NCBI GenBank assembly: GCA_026391675.1
Contig: JAPLDQ010000036.1
Location: 32,291 to 96,290 of the forward strand
DNA: 64,000 nt
Direction: 5' to 3'
Origin: Bacteroidota bacterium
GTDB taxonomy: Bacteria; Bacteroidota; Bacteroidia; Bacteroidales; JACABE01
The notes under the pieces are model-generated. The model ran no database searches and was not told the origin of the DNA. It worked only from the letters and a program-made list of their open reading frames with translations. Shown piece after piece: positions 18,813-27,598 of this stretch; the stretch's first letter is position 1, and every line of letters begins with the position of its first letter. Both the position numbers and the translations under genes were made by a program.

Positions 18813-19427
18813 TTATTGCAGCATGGTTTGATTATTTCCATTAACTTGTTCAACATATAAAAATCCAATATTTTTTTTAAAATAAATCTTTACATTAGAT
18901 TTTTGATAAGGAATTATTAAATTTTCGAATTTATAAACATTAGTATAAAGAACTCCGTTAATATTAGCTGTATCAATAGTATAACTAAAATTATCATAGA
19001 AGTTTCCTTTTAATTTTACATAAAAATCGTATTCATTATTAATTTCGATCGAGAGACCATAACCTGCATTAATATAACCAATACCAAAGTAAAAATAACC
19101 TTCATAATAAGATATATTATCGTCGTCATTTGTGCTAAAATATTGCTTATTAATTATTTTTGTATTAGAGACAACAGTATCAATTACAATAATTGAATCA
19201 CCCTGAGTATTTGTAGTTTTTGCAATACAGCGGTATTTGGGATTAACTTTATTATTAATCCACCCTAATTGATCTTCAGTAAAAGGAGGACGTTCTGTAA
19301 AACTTCTGTCTTTTTTACAACCTGATATATAAGGTAATAAAAGTAACAGTATACCTATTAATAATGTAAAATCACCTAAAAGAATCAAGATTTTTATAAT
19401 ACGTTTAGAAAAGATTTTTTTAAACAT
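18813..19427 (-). CDS. Hypothetical lipoprotein (very AT-rich, orphan-like)
   Basis: Hydrophobic stretch ending ISGCKKD; TACATTTG -7 box at 19484-19491 on the minus strand. Confidence 0.65.
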   Translation of the reverse strand: MFKKIFSKRIIKILILLGDFTLLIGILLLLLPYISGCKKDRSFTERPPFTEDQLGWINNKVNPKYRCIAKTTNTQGDSIIVIDTVVSNTKIINKQYFSTNDDDNISYYEGYFYFGIGYINAGYGLSIEINNEYDFYVKLKGNFYDNFSYTIDTANINGVLYTNVYKFENLIIPYQKSNVKIYFKKNIGFLYVEQVNGNNQTMLQ

Positions 19428-19540
19428 ATTTAATTATAAAGAGTAAATTTTAAGTTTTTAAAATTATATAATTGATTCTTTCACAAATGTAATACAGTGT
19501 TATGCTTAAAACAAATAAATTTACTGTTATTTACTAAAAC

Positions 19541-19656
19541 CCTCGCTCGGTGAAGTCTTGTGTGTTTAGCCATAGCGTAGGCAGACTTCGTCGTTTTAAC
19601 CACCGCAGAGCCGATTTTGCAATTCGGATATGAACATAGTTTGATTTGTAATTCAA
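19541..19656 (+). repeat. ~115-bp structured repeat, copy 1 (REP/MITE-like)
   Basis: CCTCGCTCGGTGAAGTCTTG..GCAGACTTCGTC..CACCGCAGAGCCGATTTTGCAATTCGG; aligns with 19809-19924. Confidence 0.75.
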
Positions 19657-19681
19657 AAAAAAATGAATTTTGTAAATAAGC

Positions 19682-19810
19682 TGGTCGCAATTTGCGACCA
19701 CCTAAGGAAATCGAGATTGTAAATTTGAAATCGCAATTTGCGATTTCAAATTTTATGTATCAGCCTAATCATGCTGAAATAGAAGATGTGGTATCACAAA
19801 ATGTGATACC
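19682..19810. repeat. Three tandem palindromes with core TCRCAAwwTGYGA (ORF6N-like gene fragments)
   Basis: TGGTCGCAA-T-TTGCGACCA (19682-19700), 33-bp AAATTTGAAATCGCAA-T-TTGCGATTTCAAATTT (19721-19753), GGTATCACA-AAA-TGTGATACC (19790-19810). Confidence 0.75.
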
Positions 19811-19924
19811 TCGCTTGGCGAAGTCTTGTGTGTTTGGCTTTTGCGTGAGCAGACTTCGTCATTTTTAAACACCGCAGAGCCGAATTTGCAATCTGAATCT
19901 GAACATTGTGGTATTTTAATTCAA
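19809..19924 (+). repeat. ~115-bp structured repeat, copy 2
   Basis: CCTCGCTTGGCGAAGTCTTG..GCAGACTTCGTC..CACCGCAGAGCCGAATTTGCAATC; diverged direct copy of 19541-19656. Confidence 0.75.
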
Positions 19925-20025
19925 TTCCAAAAATTAATATTCCGACCTTAATTTACTTTAATAAACTAAATAAAGTTTTCTCCAAAACCTAAATGCATTT
20001 AGATAAATTATTTAAATAAAAATAA

Positions 20026-20033
20026 TACATTTG
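20026..20033 (+). promoter_or_regulatory. Bacteroidota -7 promoter element for the GH94 operon
   Basis: TACATTTG 28 bp upstream of the ATG. Confidence 0.55.
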
Positions 20034-20060
20034 CAATACTAAACTAATCAAAAAATTACA

Positions 20061-22442
20061 ATGCAATACGGTTATTTTTCGAAGGACAAAAAGGAGTATA
20101 TAATTACCAAAATGAATACGCCCAGCCCATGGATAAACTATTTATATAACGGCAGATATTTTACCAGTATTTCTAATAATGGCGGCGGAATGAGCTATTT
20201 TAAAAGCCCGTTGCATGGTCGTATTACCCGTTACCGTATTAACGAAGTTCCTCACGACAGACCCGGCAAATACTTATATATTAAAGATAACGAAACAGGC
20301 GAAGTATGGAGCTTAACCTGGCAACCCGTTGGCAAACATCTTGAAGCCTATAAACTGGCCCATGGTTTTGGCTATACCCGCTCCGAAGCAAGCATTAACG
20401 GTATTGATTCTTCTGTTTTGTATTTCGTTCCTCAGGATGATGACCAGGAATTGTGGAAAACCACACTAAAAAATATTACAGATAAACCACGCAAATTGTC
20501 TGTTTACGGCTATGTTGAACTTGCCCTGGGACATGCTTTGGTAGATCTGATCAATCAATGTGATGATCAGCATTTCAACCGTTCTCATTTTGAAAAGGAC
20601 CTGAATGCCATTTTTTCAACTAAAACCTATTGGGTTACACAGACCAAAGGCACCCAACAGCAGGAAAATAAAGAATGGGATCAGTGGACTTTCTTCACTG
20701 CCAATCATGCTGCCAGCAGTTATGAAACTGTTCGCGAACGCTTTATCGGCCTTTACCGCAACGAAAATAATCCTGAAAGTATTGAAAAAGAAATGCTGAG
20801 TTCACAGGATACCGATTTCGGTAATGTTGTCAATGCATTGAAAATTGATATTGAATTACAACCCGGCGAAACAAAAGATCTTATCTTTACCTTAGGTGTA
20901 ATCGAAAAGTTGAAATTTGAAGAATTAAAAGAACAAAAGGTTAACAAATATAAAGATGTAGCAGTTATTGATGCTGCTTTTAAAAAACTCAACAAAAGCT
21001 GGGATGATTATTTTGCTCATACTTCCGTTGAAACGCCCGATGATGATGTAAATACCTTTATGAAATACTGGATGCCTTATCAGGCTAAAGTAGCGTTTGA
21101 TGTAGGACGTGTTGCCAGTTTTTATTACTGGGGTATTGGAAGAGGCTTCGGTTTCAGAGATACATCGCAGGATACCATAGCAGTAACAATCTCCAATCCG
21201 GAAAAGGCAAAAGAACGAATTCTCCTGCTTTCACGCCAGATGAGAACTGACGGGAAAGTGTATCATCATTTCCATGGTGATGGTGAAGGTGAATTTACCC
21301 ATCATTGTGATGATCCGTTGTGGTTTATGCTGGCAGTTTCGGAATATCTCAAAGAAACAGGTGACTTTGATTTACTGAATAACAAACAACGTTTTATCGA
21401 AGAAGGCAAAGAAGGAAGTATTTTAGATCACATGTATGCTGTAGTAAACTATGCTAAAAATAACTTAGGTATACACGGATTGCCGGTTTTCGGCAGAGGC
21501 GACTGGAACGATACCCTGGATTATATTGGTGGTGATGAAGGAGGTGAAAGCGTTTGGGGTGGTATGTTCTATGCTGCTATGCTGAATTTATTCATTGAAT
21601 TGCTGGATTATTTAGATAAGCAAAAAGAAAAGGCAGAAGTTTCAATTGTTCGCGATAAACTTGTAAAAGCAGTTGAAGACAACTGCTGGGATGGTGAATG
21701 GTATATCCGTGCTTTTGGTGGTAAAGGCAGTAAAGTGGGTTCGCATGAAAACAAATATGGTAAAATATTTCTGAATACACAAATCTGGCCAGTTTTAGCC
21801 GGGTTCCCTGACAAGGAACGTAATGTAACAGCCCTGAACAGCGTTAAGAAATATCTGGATTCACCTGAAGGTCCAAAGAAATGTTCACCGGCATGGAAAG
21901 AAATTGATCCTAATATTGGTTTGGTTACCAGATGTGTCTGGGGTAAGAAGGAAAACGGTGCAGTATTCTGTCATCCTACTACATGGGTGATACAGGCAGA
22001 ATGTATGCTGGGAAGAAGCAATCAGGCTTTTGATTATTTCAAAAAAATGCTGCCAAACCGCATCGACAGCGATATTTTTGTTGCTGAACCATATGTATAT
22101 TCTCAGTATATCACCAGCAACGAACATTCGCATGCCGGAAGAGCAAGCCATTCGTGGCAAACCGGCTCTGCTGCATGGATGTATCGTGTAAGCTATGATT
22201 ATATATTGGGTTTACGTCCATCTTATAATGGATTGCTTATTGATCCTGCAATTCCAACACATTGGGATGGGTTTAAGGCAAAACGTATTTATCGTGGATG
22301 TCTTTATATAATTGAGGTCTTCAATCCACAGCATCTTGAAAAAGGAGTGAAAGAAATTTTTGTTGATAGTGTAAAAATTGATAGAAATGTATTGCCGGTT
22401 TCAACGTTGAAAGAATGTAATGTTAAAGTAATAATGGGTTAA
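20061..22442 (+). CDS. GH94 glycoside phosphorylase (cellobiose/chitobiose phosphorylase-like)
   Basis: MQYGYF..EYII..PWINYL, GFRDTSQD, DDPLW, catalytic DWND, KENGAVFCH, EPYVY and SWQTGSAAW. Confidence 0.9.
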   Translation: MQYGYFSKDKKEYIITKMNTPSPWINYLYNGRYFTSISNNGGGMSYFKSPLHGRITRYRINEVPHDRPGKYLYIKDNETGEVWSLTWQPVGKHLEAYKLAHGFGYTRSEASINGIDSSVLYFVPQDDDQELWKTTLKNITDKPRKLSVYGYVELALGHALVDLINQCDDQHFNRSHFEKDLNAIFSTKTYWVTQTKGTQQQENKEWDQWTFFTANHAASSYETVRERFIGLYRNENNPESIEKEMLSSQDTDFGNVVNALKIDIELQPGETKDLIFTLGVIEKLKFEELKEQKVNKYKDVAVIDAAFKKLNKSWDDYFAHTSVETPDDDVNTFMKYWMPYQAKVAFDVGRVASFYYWGIGRGFGFRDTSQDTIAVTISNPEKAKERILLLSRQMRTDGKVYHHFHGDGEGEFTHHCDDPLWFMLAVSEYLKETGDFDLLNNKQRFIEEGKEGSILDHMYAVVNYAKNNLGIHGLPVFGRGDWNDTLDYIGGDEGGESVWGGMFYAAMLNLFIELLDYLDKQKEKAEVSIVRDKLVKAVEDNCWDGEWYIRAFGGKGSKVGSHENKYGKIFLNTQIWPVLAGFPDKERNVTALNSVKKYLDSPEGPKKCSPAWKEIDPNIGLVTRCVWGKKENGAVFCHPTTWVIQAECMLGRSNQAFDYFKKMLPNRIDSDIFVAEPYVYSQYITSNEHSHAGRASHSWQTGSAAWMYRVSYDYILGLRPSYNGLLIDPAIPTHWDGFKAKRIYRGCLYIIEVFNPQHLEKGVKEIFVDSVKIDRNVLPVSTLKECNVKVIMG

Positions 22443-22468
22443 ATATCAAACCCAGAAAAATATATAAA

Positions 22469-23428
22469 ATGAAAAGACATCCAATAAGTCCGATATTAAC
22501 AAGAGCAGATATTCCTGATATTTATCCTCAGCTGGTGGATGCTACCTCGGTTTTTAATCCGGGAGCCATTAAGTTCGGTGATAAATATTTACTCATGCTC
22601 AGGGTTCAGAGCCGTTCCCGTGAAACCTTCATGGTTATGGCCGAAAGCGTGAATGGCATAGATTTTAAAGTGGAAAACAAAATTGTTGACTTTAAGGGAA
22701 TAGAAAAAATCAAGGAAAAAATCTATCATATTTACGATGCACGGATTTCCAATTTAGAAGGAACGTATTATATCATGTTTGCCATGGATATGGATGGCGG
22801 ATGTCAGTTGGGCCTTGGTAAAACCAACGACTTCAAAAGTTTTGAATTTCTGGGAATAACTTCCAATGAAGATATCCGTAACGGAGTACTTTTCCCTGAA
22901 AAAGTAAATGGTAATTATCTTAGAATGGATCGTCCCAACAAGTCACGTCATGATAACGGCACCACTTCAGGAAGTACCATCTGGCTTTCGAAATCAGATG
23001 ATTTACTTAATTGGGAACCACTGGCACCATTAATTGATGGTCGTTTCCATTACTGGGATGAATTTATAGGTTCAGGACCTCCTCCTGTTAAAACACGTAA
23101 GGGCTGGTTACATATCTATCATGGTGTTGCCGGGCATTTCGGCAGTTCAAATATTTATCAGGCAGGAGTTATGCTGCTGGATTTGAATGATCCTTCAAGA
23201 GTATTGTCACGCAGCTGGTGCAATATCCTTGAACCCCGTGAATTGTATGAATTAGCCGGGCAGGTACCCAATGTGGTTTTTCCAAGTGGAATGATAGTAA
23301 TGGATTATGATAATGAAGGATTTGCAAAACCTGACAGTGAAGTTTATGTATATTACGGAGCTGCTGATACCTGTGTTGGATTGGCAGTGACTACAATAAA
23401 TGAACTTCTGGAAAATACAAATCAATAA
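22469..23428 (+). CDS. GH130 beta-mannoside phosphorylase (GH130_2-like)
   Basis: VFNPGA, YDARI, RNGVLFPEK, DRP, IYHGV, GQVPNVVFP and YYGAADT. Confidence 0.88.
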   Translation: MKRHPISPILTRADIPDIYPQLVDATSVFNPGAIKFGDKYLLMLRVQSRSRETFMVMAESVNGIDFKVENKIVDFKGIEKIKEKIYHIYDARISNLEGTYYIMFAMDMDGGCQLGLGKTNDFKSFEFLGITSNEDIRNGVLFPEKVNGNYLRMDRPNKSRHDNGTTSGSTIWLSKSDDLLNWEPLAPLIDGRFHYWDEFIGSGPPPVKTRKGWLHIYHGVAGHFGSSNIYQAGVMLLDLNDPSRVLSRSWCNILEPRELYELAGQVPNVVFPSGMIVMDYDNEGFAKPDSEVYVYYGAADTCVGLAVTTINELLENTNQ

Positions 23429-23438
23429 TTCATAACAC

Positions 23439-23471
23439 AAACCTGCCAGATTTTAAAAATCTGGCAGGTTT
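23439..23471. repeat. Perfect 33-bp intra-operonic palindrome (REP-like or attenuating hairpin)
   Basis: AAACCTGCCAGATTTT-A-AAAATCTGGCAGGTTT. Confidence 0.7.
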
Positions 23472-23522
23472 TGAATGTTGAAAATTAAAAAAAATTATTA
23501 AAGTAAATTAATAAATACAACT

Positions 23523-25460
23523 ATGAATCTTTCAACGGGCGACTGGGCAATTGTATTGGTATTACTGGCTATGATGGTCGGTATGGTTTTATTCAGCAAA
23601 AATCTGGTAAAAAGTGTTTCCGACTTTCTGGCAACAGGCAGAACTGGTGGCAGGTATATCATCTCCATGTTCCACGGCACGGCTGCACTGGGTGCCATCA
23701 CGGTTGTTGGAGCACTTGAACAGAACTTTAACGCAGGATTTAACTCACGCTGGTGGGAAATGCCAACAGCAGTTATTCTTGTCGGAATAAGTGTTACCGG
23801 ATGGGTAGTTTATCGTTTCAGACAAACAAAAGCCCTGACCATGGCTCAGTTTTTCGAAATCAGATACAGCCGTACATTCAGGATATTTGCAGGTTTTCTT
23901 GCTTTCTTTTCCGGTTTGTTTAATATGGTAATTTTTCCTTCTGTAAGTGCACGTTTCTTTATCTATTTCTGCGGTATTCCTGAAGTTGGTATGGTTGGTG
24001 CTTTTTCTGGTACTTTTATTTTAGTTACTGCAGTAATGGTGTTGATTCCTTTGTATTTTATCTTCACAGGAGGACATATCGCTGTAATGTTTACTGATTT
24101 CATACAGGGAGTTTTTGTAAACATTGTTTTTGTTGTAATAGTAATATTACTGCTATTCAAGATAGATTGGGCACATATTACCACAGCGATAACAAGTGCT
24201 GAAGCCGGAAAATCACTGGTGAATCCTTTTGATGCCAGTAAAGTTCAGGATTTTAATCCCTGGTTCTTTTTCATAGGGATGTTTGGTTTAATTTATACTA
24301 AGTTATCATGGCAGGGAAATTCTTCCTTTAATATAGCAGCAAAAAGTGCACACGAAGCACGAATGGCAGATGTATTAACCAACTGGCGCCTGGTTCCGCA
24401 ATGGGGATTATTTCTGGTATTTGTGCCGATAGTAGCTTATACTTTATTCAATCATGCTGATTTTAAAGCAGTAGCTGATTCTATTAATGCAACATTATCT
24501 ACGGCAGGCACGGCTGCACAACAAAGTCAGCTGAGAGTACCGATGGCGTTGAATTATTTGTTACCGGTTGGTATAAAAGGTGCTTTTGTAGCTATAATGC
24601 TTGCTGCAGCCATCACTTGTCATAATACCTATATGCATTCCTGGGGAAGTATTTTTATCCAGGATTGTATTATGCCTTTAAGGAAAAAAGCATTTGAGCC
24701 CAAAGAACATTTAAAATATTTAAAACTTTCTATTCTGGGAGTTGGTATTACTATATTTGTATTAAGTATTATTTTCCAGCCAAAAGACCTTGTTTTCTTA
24801 TTCCTGAATATTTCCGGTGCTATTTTTGTGGGTGGTTCGGGTGCTGTCATTATTGGCGGCTTGTACTGGAAACGTGGAACAACAGCTGCAGCATGGGCTG
24901 CAATGATTACCGGTGCATTAACCGCTTCTCTGAATATTTTATTAAATAAAATTATTCCGGATTTCCCCATTAACGGACAATGGGGATGGTTTTTAGCTAT
25001 GGTAGCTGCAACTATAGTTTATGTTGTGGTTTCTCTGCTTACACCAAGACCAAAAATCATACTTGACCAGATGTTGCACCGTGGTGTATATGCTGATAAA
25101 ATTGAAGTTAAACCTGAAGATGCTCAACCTGTTAAAGGATGGAAAGTGTTGGGAACAACCAAAGAATTTACTAAAGGCGACAAAATAATCTATATTGTAA
25201 CCATGGGCTGGACAGCCATGTGGGTGTTGGTATTTTTTACAGGGACTATCTATAATTTCTTTATCGAAAAAATAACCAACCCGCAATGGATGCATTTCTG
25301 GAAAATATATACCTATATCTTTTTAGCAGCATCTATTGTTGTTACGATTTGGTTTACCATTGGAGGCATTAAAAATTTACGTGAAATGATATCAGCTTTA
25401 CGTCATAATATCCGCGATCATGGTGATTCAGGATATGTGGATAAAAAAGAAAAGGAATAA
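23523..25460 (+). CDS. Sodium:solute symporter family protein
   Basis: SVSDFLATGR, TMAQFFEIRYS, TDFIQG and GGLYWKRGT; many TM helices. Confidence 0.88.
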   Translation: MNLSTGDWAIVLVLLAMMVGMVLFSKNLVKSVSDFLATGRTGGRYIISMFHGTAALGAITVVGALEQNFNAGFNSRWWEMPTAVILVGISVTGWVVYRFRQTKALTMAQFFEIRYSRTFRIFAGFLAFFSGLFNMVIFPSVSARFFIYFCGIPEVGMVGAFSGTFILVTAVMVLIPLYFIFTGGHIAVMFTDFIQGVFVNIVFVVIVILLLFKIDWAHITTAITSAEAGKSLVNPFDASKVQDFNPWFFFIGMFGLIYTKLSWQGNSSFNIAAKSAHEARMADVLTNWRLVPQWGLFLVFVPIVAYTLFNHADFKAVADSINATLSTAGTAAQQSQLRVPMALNYLLPVGIKGAFVAIMLAAAITCHNTYMHSWGSIFIQDCIMPLRKKAFEPKEHLKYLKLSILGVGITIFVLSIIFQPKDLVFLFLNISGAIFVGGSGAVIIGGLYWKRGTTAAAWAAMITGALTASLNILLNKIIPDFPINGQWGWFLAMVAATIVYVVVSLLTPRPKIILDQMLHRGVYADKIEVKPEDAQPVKGWKVLGTTKEFTKGDKIIYIVTMGWTAMWVLVFFTGTIYNFFIEKITNPQWMHFWKIYTYIFLAASIVVTIWFTIGGIKNLREMISALRHNIRDHGDSGYVDKKEKE

Positions 25461-25482
25461 ATAATTTAAATTTATTAATATT

Positions 25483-26613
25483 ATGAAATTCAAAAATTTA
25501 TCAAAATTAGCAATTATGGCTATCGTCTTAATTTCATGCAATCAGAAAAAAGAAAATACAGCCGGAGAATCATTAAAAACTGATTTAAAGTATTTAATGG
25601 TGGAACCAAAACACTATGTTTGTTATCATACAGACGAAGCCATTACTATAGATGGAAATCTGGACAAAAAGGCATGGCAACAGGCAGAATGGACTGATTT
25701 ATTTGTGGATATTGAAGGTGATAAAAAACCTTTACCTAAACAAAATACAAAAGTTAAAATGTTATGGGACTCCACTTATCTTTATATAGCAGCACAACTG
25801 GACGAAGAACATATCTGGGCTTATCTTGAAAATCATGATGATGTGGTTTATTATGATAATGATTTTGAGATATTTATAGATCCGGATAATGATGCCAATA
25901 ATTATTTTGAATTTGAAATCAATGCCAAACAGACTGTTTTCGATTTGTTTATGCCACATCCTTACCGTCATTCATCCTTTGCCTTGCATAACTGGGATTT
26001 TAAAGGTTTAAAAAAAGCTGTAAAAATTGATGGCACTTTAAACAACGGTAATGATAAGGATAAAAAATGGACAGTTGAACTTGCCATTCCATTTACTTCA
26101 TTGTCATTCGGACTGGATAGTGGAAAACCTGATACTGAAAAACTATGGAGAATCAATTTTTCACGTGTTGAATGGGATACCAAATGGGAAAACGGGAAGT
26201 ATGTAAAAATAACTGATAAAGCAGGAAAAGCACTGCCTGAGCATAACTGGGTATGGTCACCGGTAGGTGTTATCAGTATGCATATGCCCGAAAGATACGG
26301 CTATCTAAAGTTCTCAACTTTAAAAGCTGGAACTGCCAAAGAAGAATTCAAACTTCCCGAAACGGAAAAGCTCAAACGTATGCTATGGGCTGTTTTTTAC
26401 AGAGAAGAAGCTTATTTCGAGAAAAATAAGAAATATTCCGCTCAGCTTGCTGAACTTGGTAATGATATTTTAAGCCTGTTTGATCAGAATAATTATAAAT
26501 TAAGCATCATAGTTGCCGAAACGCAGTATGAAGCCAAACTGGAAAGCAAGGATGCAAAAACCAGACTTTATATTACCAACGAAGGCTTAATAAAAGATTT
26601 AAGTAAAAAATAA
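25483..26613 (+). CDS. CBM9-like (carbohydrate-binding family 9-like) lipoprotein
   Basis: Lipobox LISC; IDGNL..W, KMLWD, DNDFEIFIDP, YFEFEINA, WTVELAIPF, WRINFSRVEW and NWVWSP..MHMPE. Confidence 0.82.
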   Translation: MKFKNLSKLAIMAIVLISCNQKKENTAGESLKTDLKYLMVEPKHYVCYHTDEAITIDGNLDKKAWQQAEWTDLFVDIEGDKKPLPKQNTKVKMLWDSTYLYIAAQLDEEHIWAYLENHDDVVYYDNDFEIFIDPDNDANNYFEFEINAKQTVFDLFMPHPYRHSSFALHNWDFKGLKKAVKIDGTLNNGNDKDKKWTVELAIPFTSLSFGLDSGKPDTEKLWRINFSRVEWDTKWENGKYVKITDKAGKALPEHNWVWSPVGVISMHMPERYGYLKFSTLKAGTAKEEFKLPETEKLKRMLWAVFYREEAYFEKNKKYSAQLAELGNDILSLFDQNNYKLSIIVAETQYEAKLESKDAKTRLYITNEGLIKDLSKK

Positions 26614-26621
26614 ACTTTAAA

Positions 26622-27491
26622 CTATTTCTTTACAAATTGGCATGAATAGTTTTTGTTTTCAGTTATTATATTAACAAAATAACTACCTGCAGCCAGCGCA
26701 GAAATATCAATTGTATCTTTGCTTAAATGCTGGCTGATAATCGTTTTTCCGCTAATATCTTTTATAGTTAATTCAATACTTTGATTAAAAATAATTCCTT
26801 TAAACTGAATAAAATCAGAAGCAGGATTAGGGAAAATTTCGAAGTTTAAAGAACTCCCATTTTCTTTAATTCCGCTTGTATTTTTTTCGATAATATAATA
26901 TAATGTATTAGCTATTGCCAGATCATTCCATTCACCTGCAATACCAAGCAAAGTAGTTCCGCTTGGCCATCCTGCCAAAGCAATACCCGCAGCATCCTGC
27001 AATCCGCCATAATCATCCGGTTCATTAGGTGTACCTGTTGATTTACCACCCCAGTTTATAAAAGCACCACCCACAGGTAATCCTCCACCGGCACCTGCTG
27101 CGCCCTGACCGTTCCAGAAATTAGTTCCAGTACCTACATTTTTACCATCCCATATCCAGTTTCCTTCAAAAACTTTATCAGTAGCACCAATCCATAGGTA
27201 GGCAGTGCCACCACCATCAGGAACCTGAGTATAGGTTGTAGAAATTCCGGCAGCGGCAATTTTACTGTAAACCATGGTTTGTTCAGCCTGATCATTGATT
27301 TCAACAAGATACCCTCCCCTTTCAACAGCACAGGCAGCTGCATCTGTCCATGATTTCAATTCTTTTACAATTTCATAGTTATGTCCATTGTAAGTAAATG
27401 AATAAATGTTGGCTGTTTGTGCACATTGTGCAAAAATTCCAGCAAATGGAAACACAGCCAAAGCAACTAAAATGTAAAAATGTTTTTTCAT
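26622..27491 (-). CDS. C-type lectin-like domain protein with T9SS C-terminal sorting domain
   Basis: SWTDAAAC..GGYLVEI..EQ, WIGATD..EGNWIW, EPDD..GEWND; IFPNPA..G.YFV..FVKK; start set at MKKHF (27491). Confidence 0.8.
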   Translation of the reverse strand: MKKHFYILVALAVFPFAGIFAQCAQTANIYSFTYNGHNYEIVKELKSWTDAAACAVERGGYLVEINDQAEQTMVYSKIAAAGISTTYTQVPDGGGTAYLWIGATDKVFEGNWIWDGKNVGTGTNFWNGQGAAGAGGGLPVGGAFINWGGKSTGTPNEPDDYGGLQDAAGIALAGWPSGTTLLGIAGEWNDLAIANTLYYIIEKNTSGIKENGSSLNFEIFPNPASDFIQFKGIIFNQSIELTIKDISGKTIISQHLSKDTIDISALAAGSYFVNIITENKNYSCQFVKK

Positions 27492-27598
27492 GTCTTTTAT
27501 TTTTATGATGATTATGTTTGTAACTTTGCTGATATAAATATACAAATATACGCACAACTTTAGCTAAATACTAATTTTGCAGACATAAAATCTTTATA

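Noticed and set aside
19481-19690. 69-aa minus-strand ORF
   Set aside because: Runs through the repeat and palindrome with no protein-like features
19682-19810. Mini-CRISPR or CRP/FNR sites
   Set aside because: Arms differ between units and spacing is irregular (46 and 63 bp); the core is TCACA-N3-TGTGA, not TGTGA-N6-TCACA
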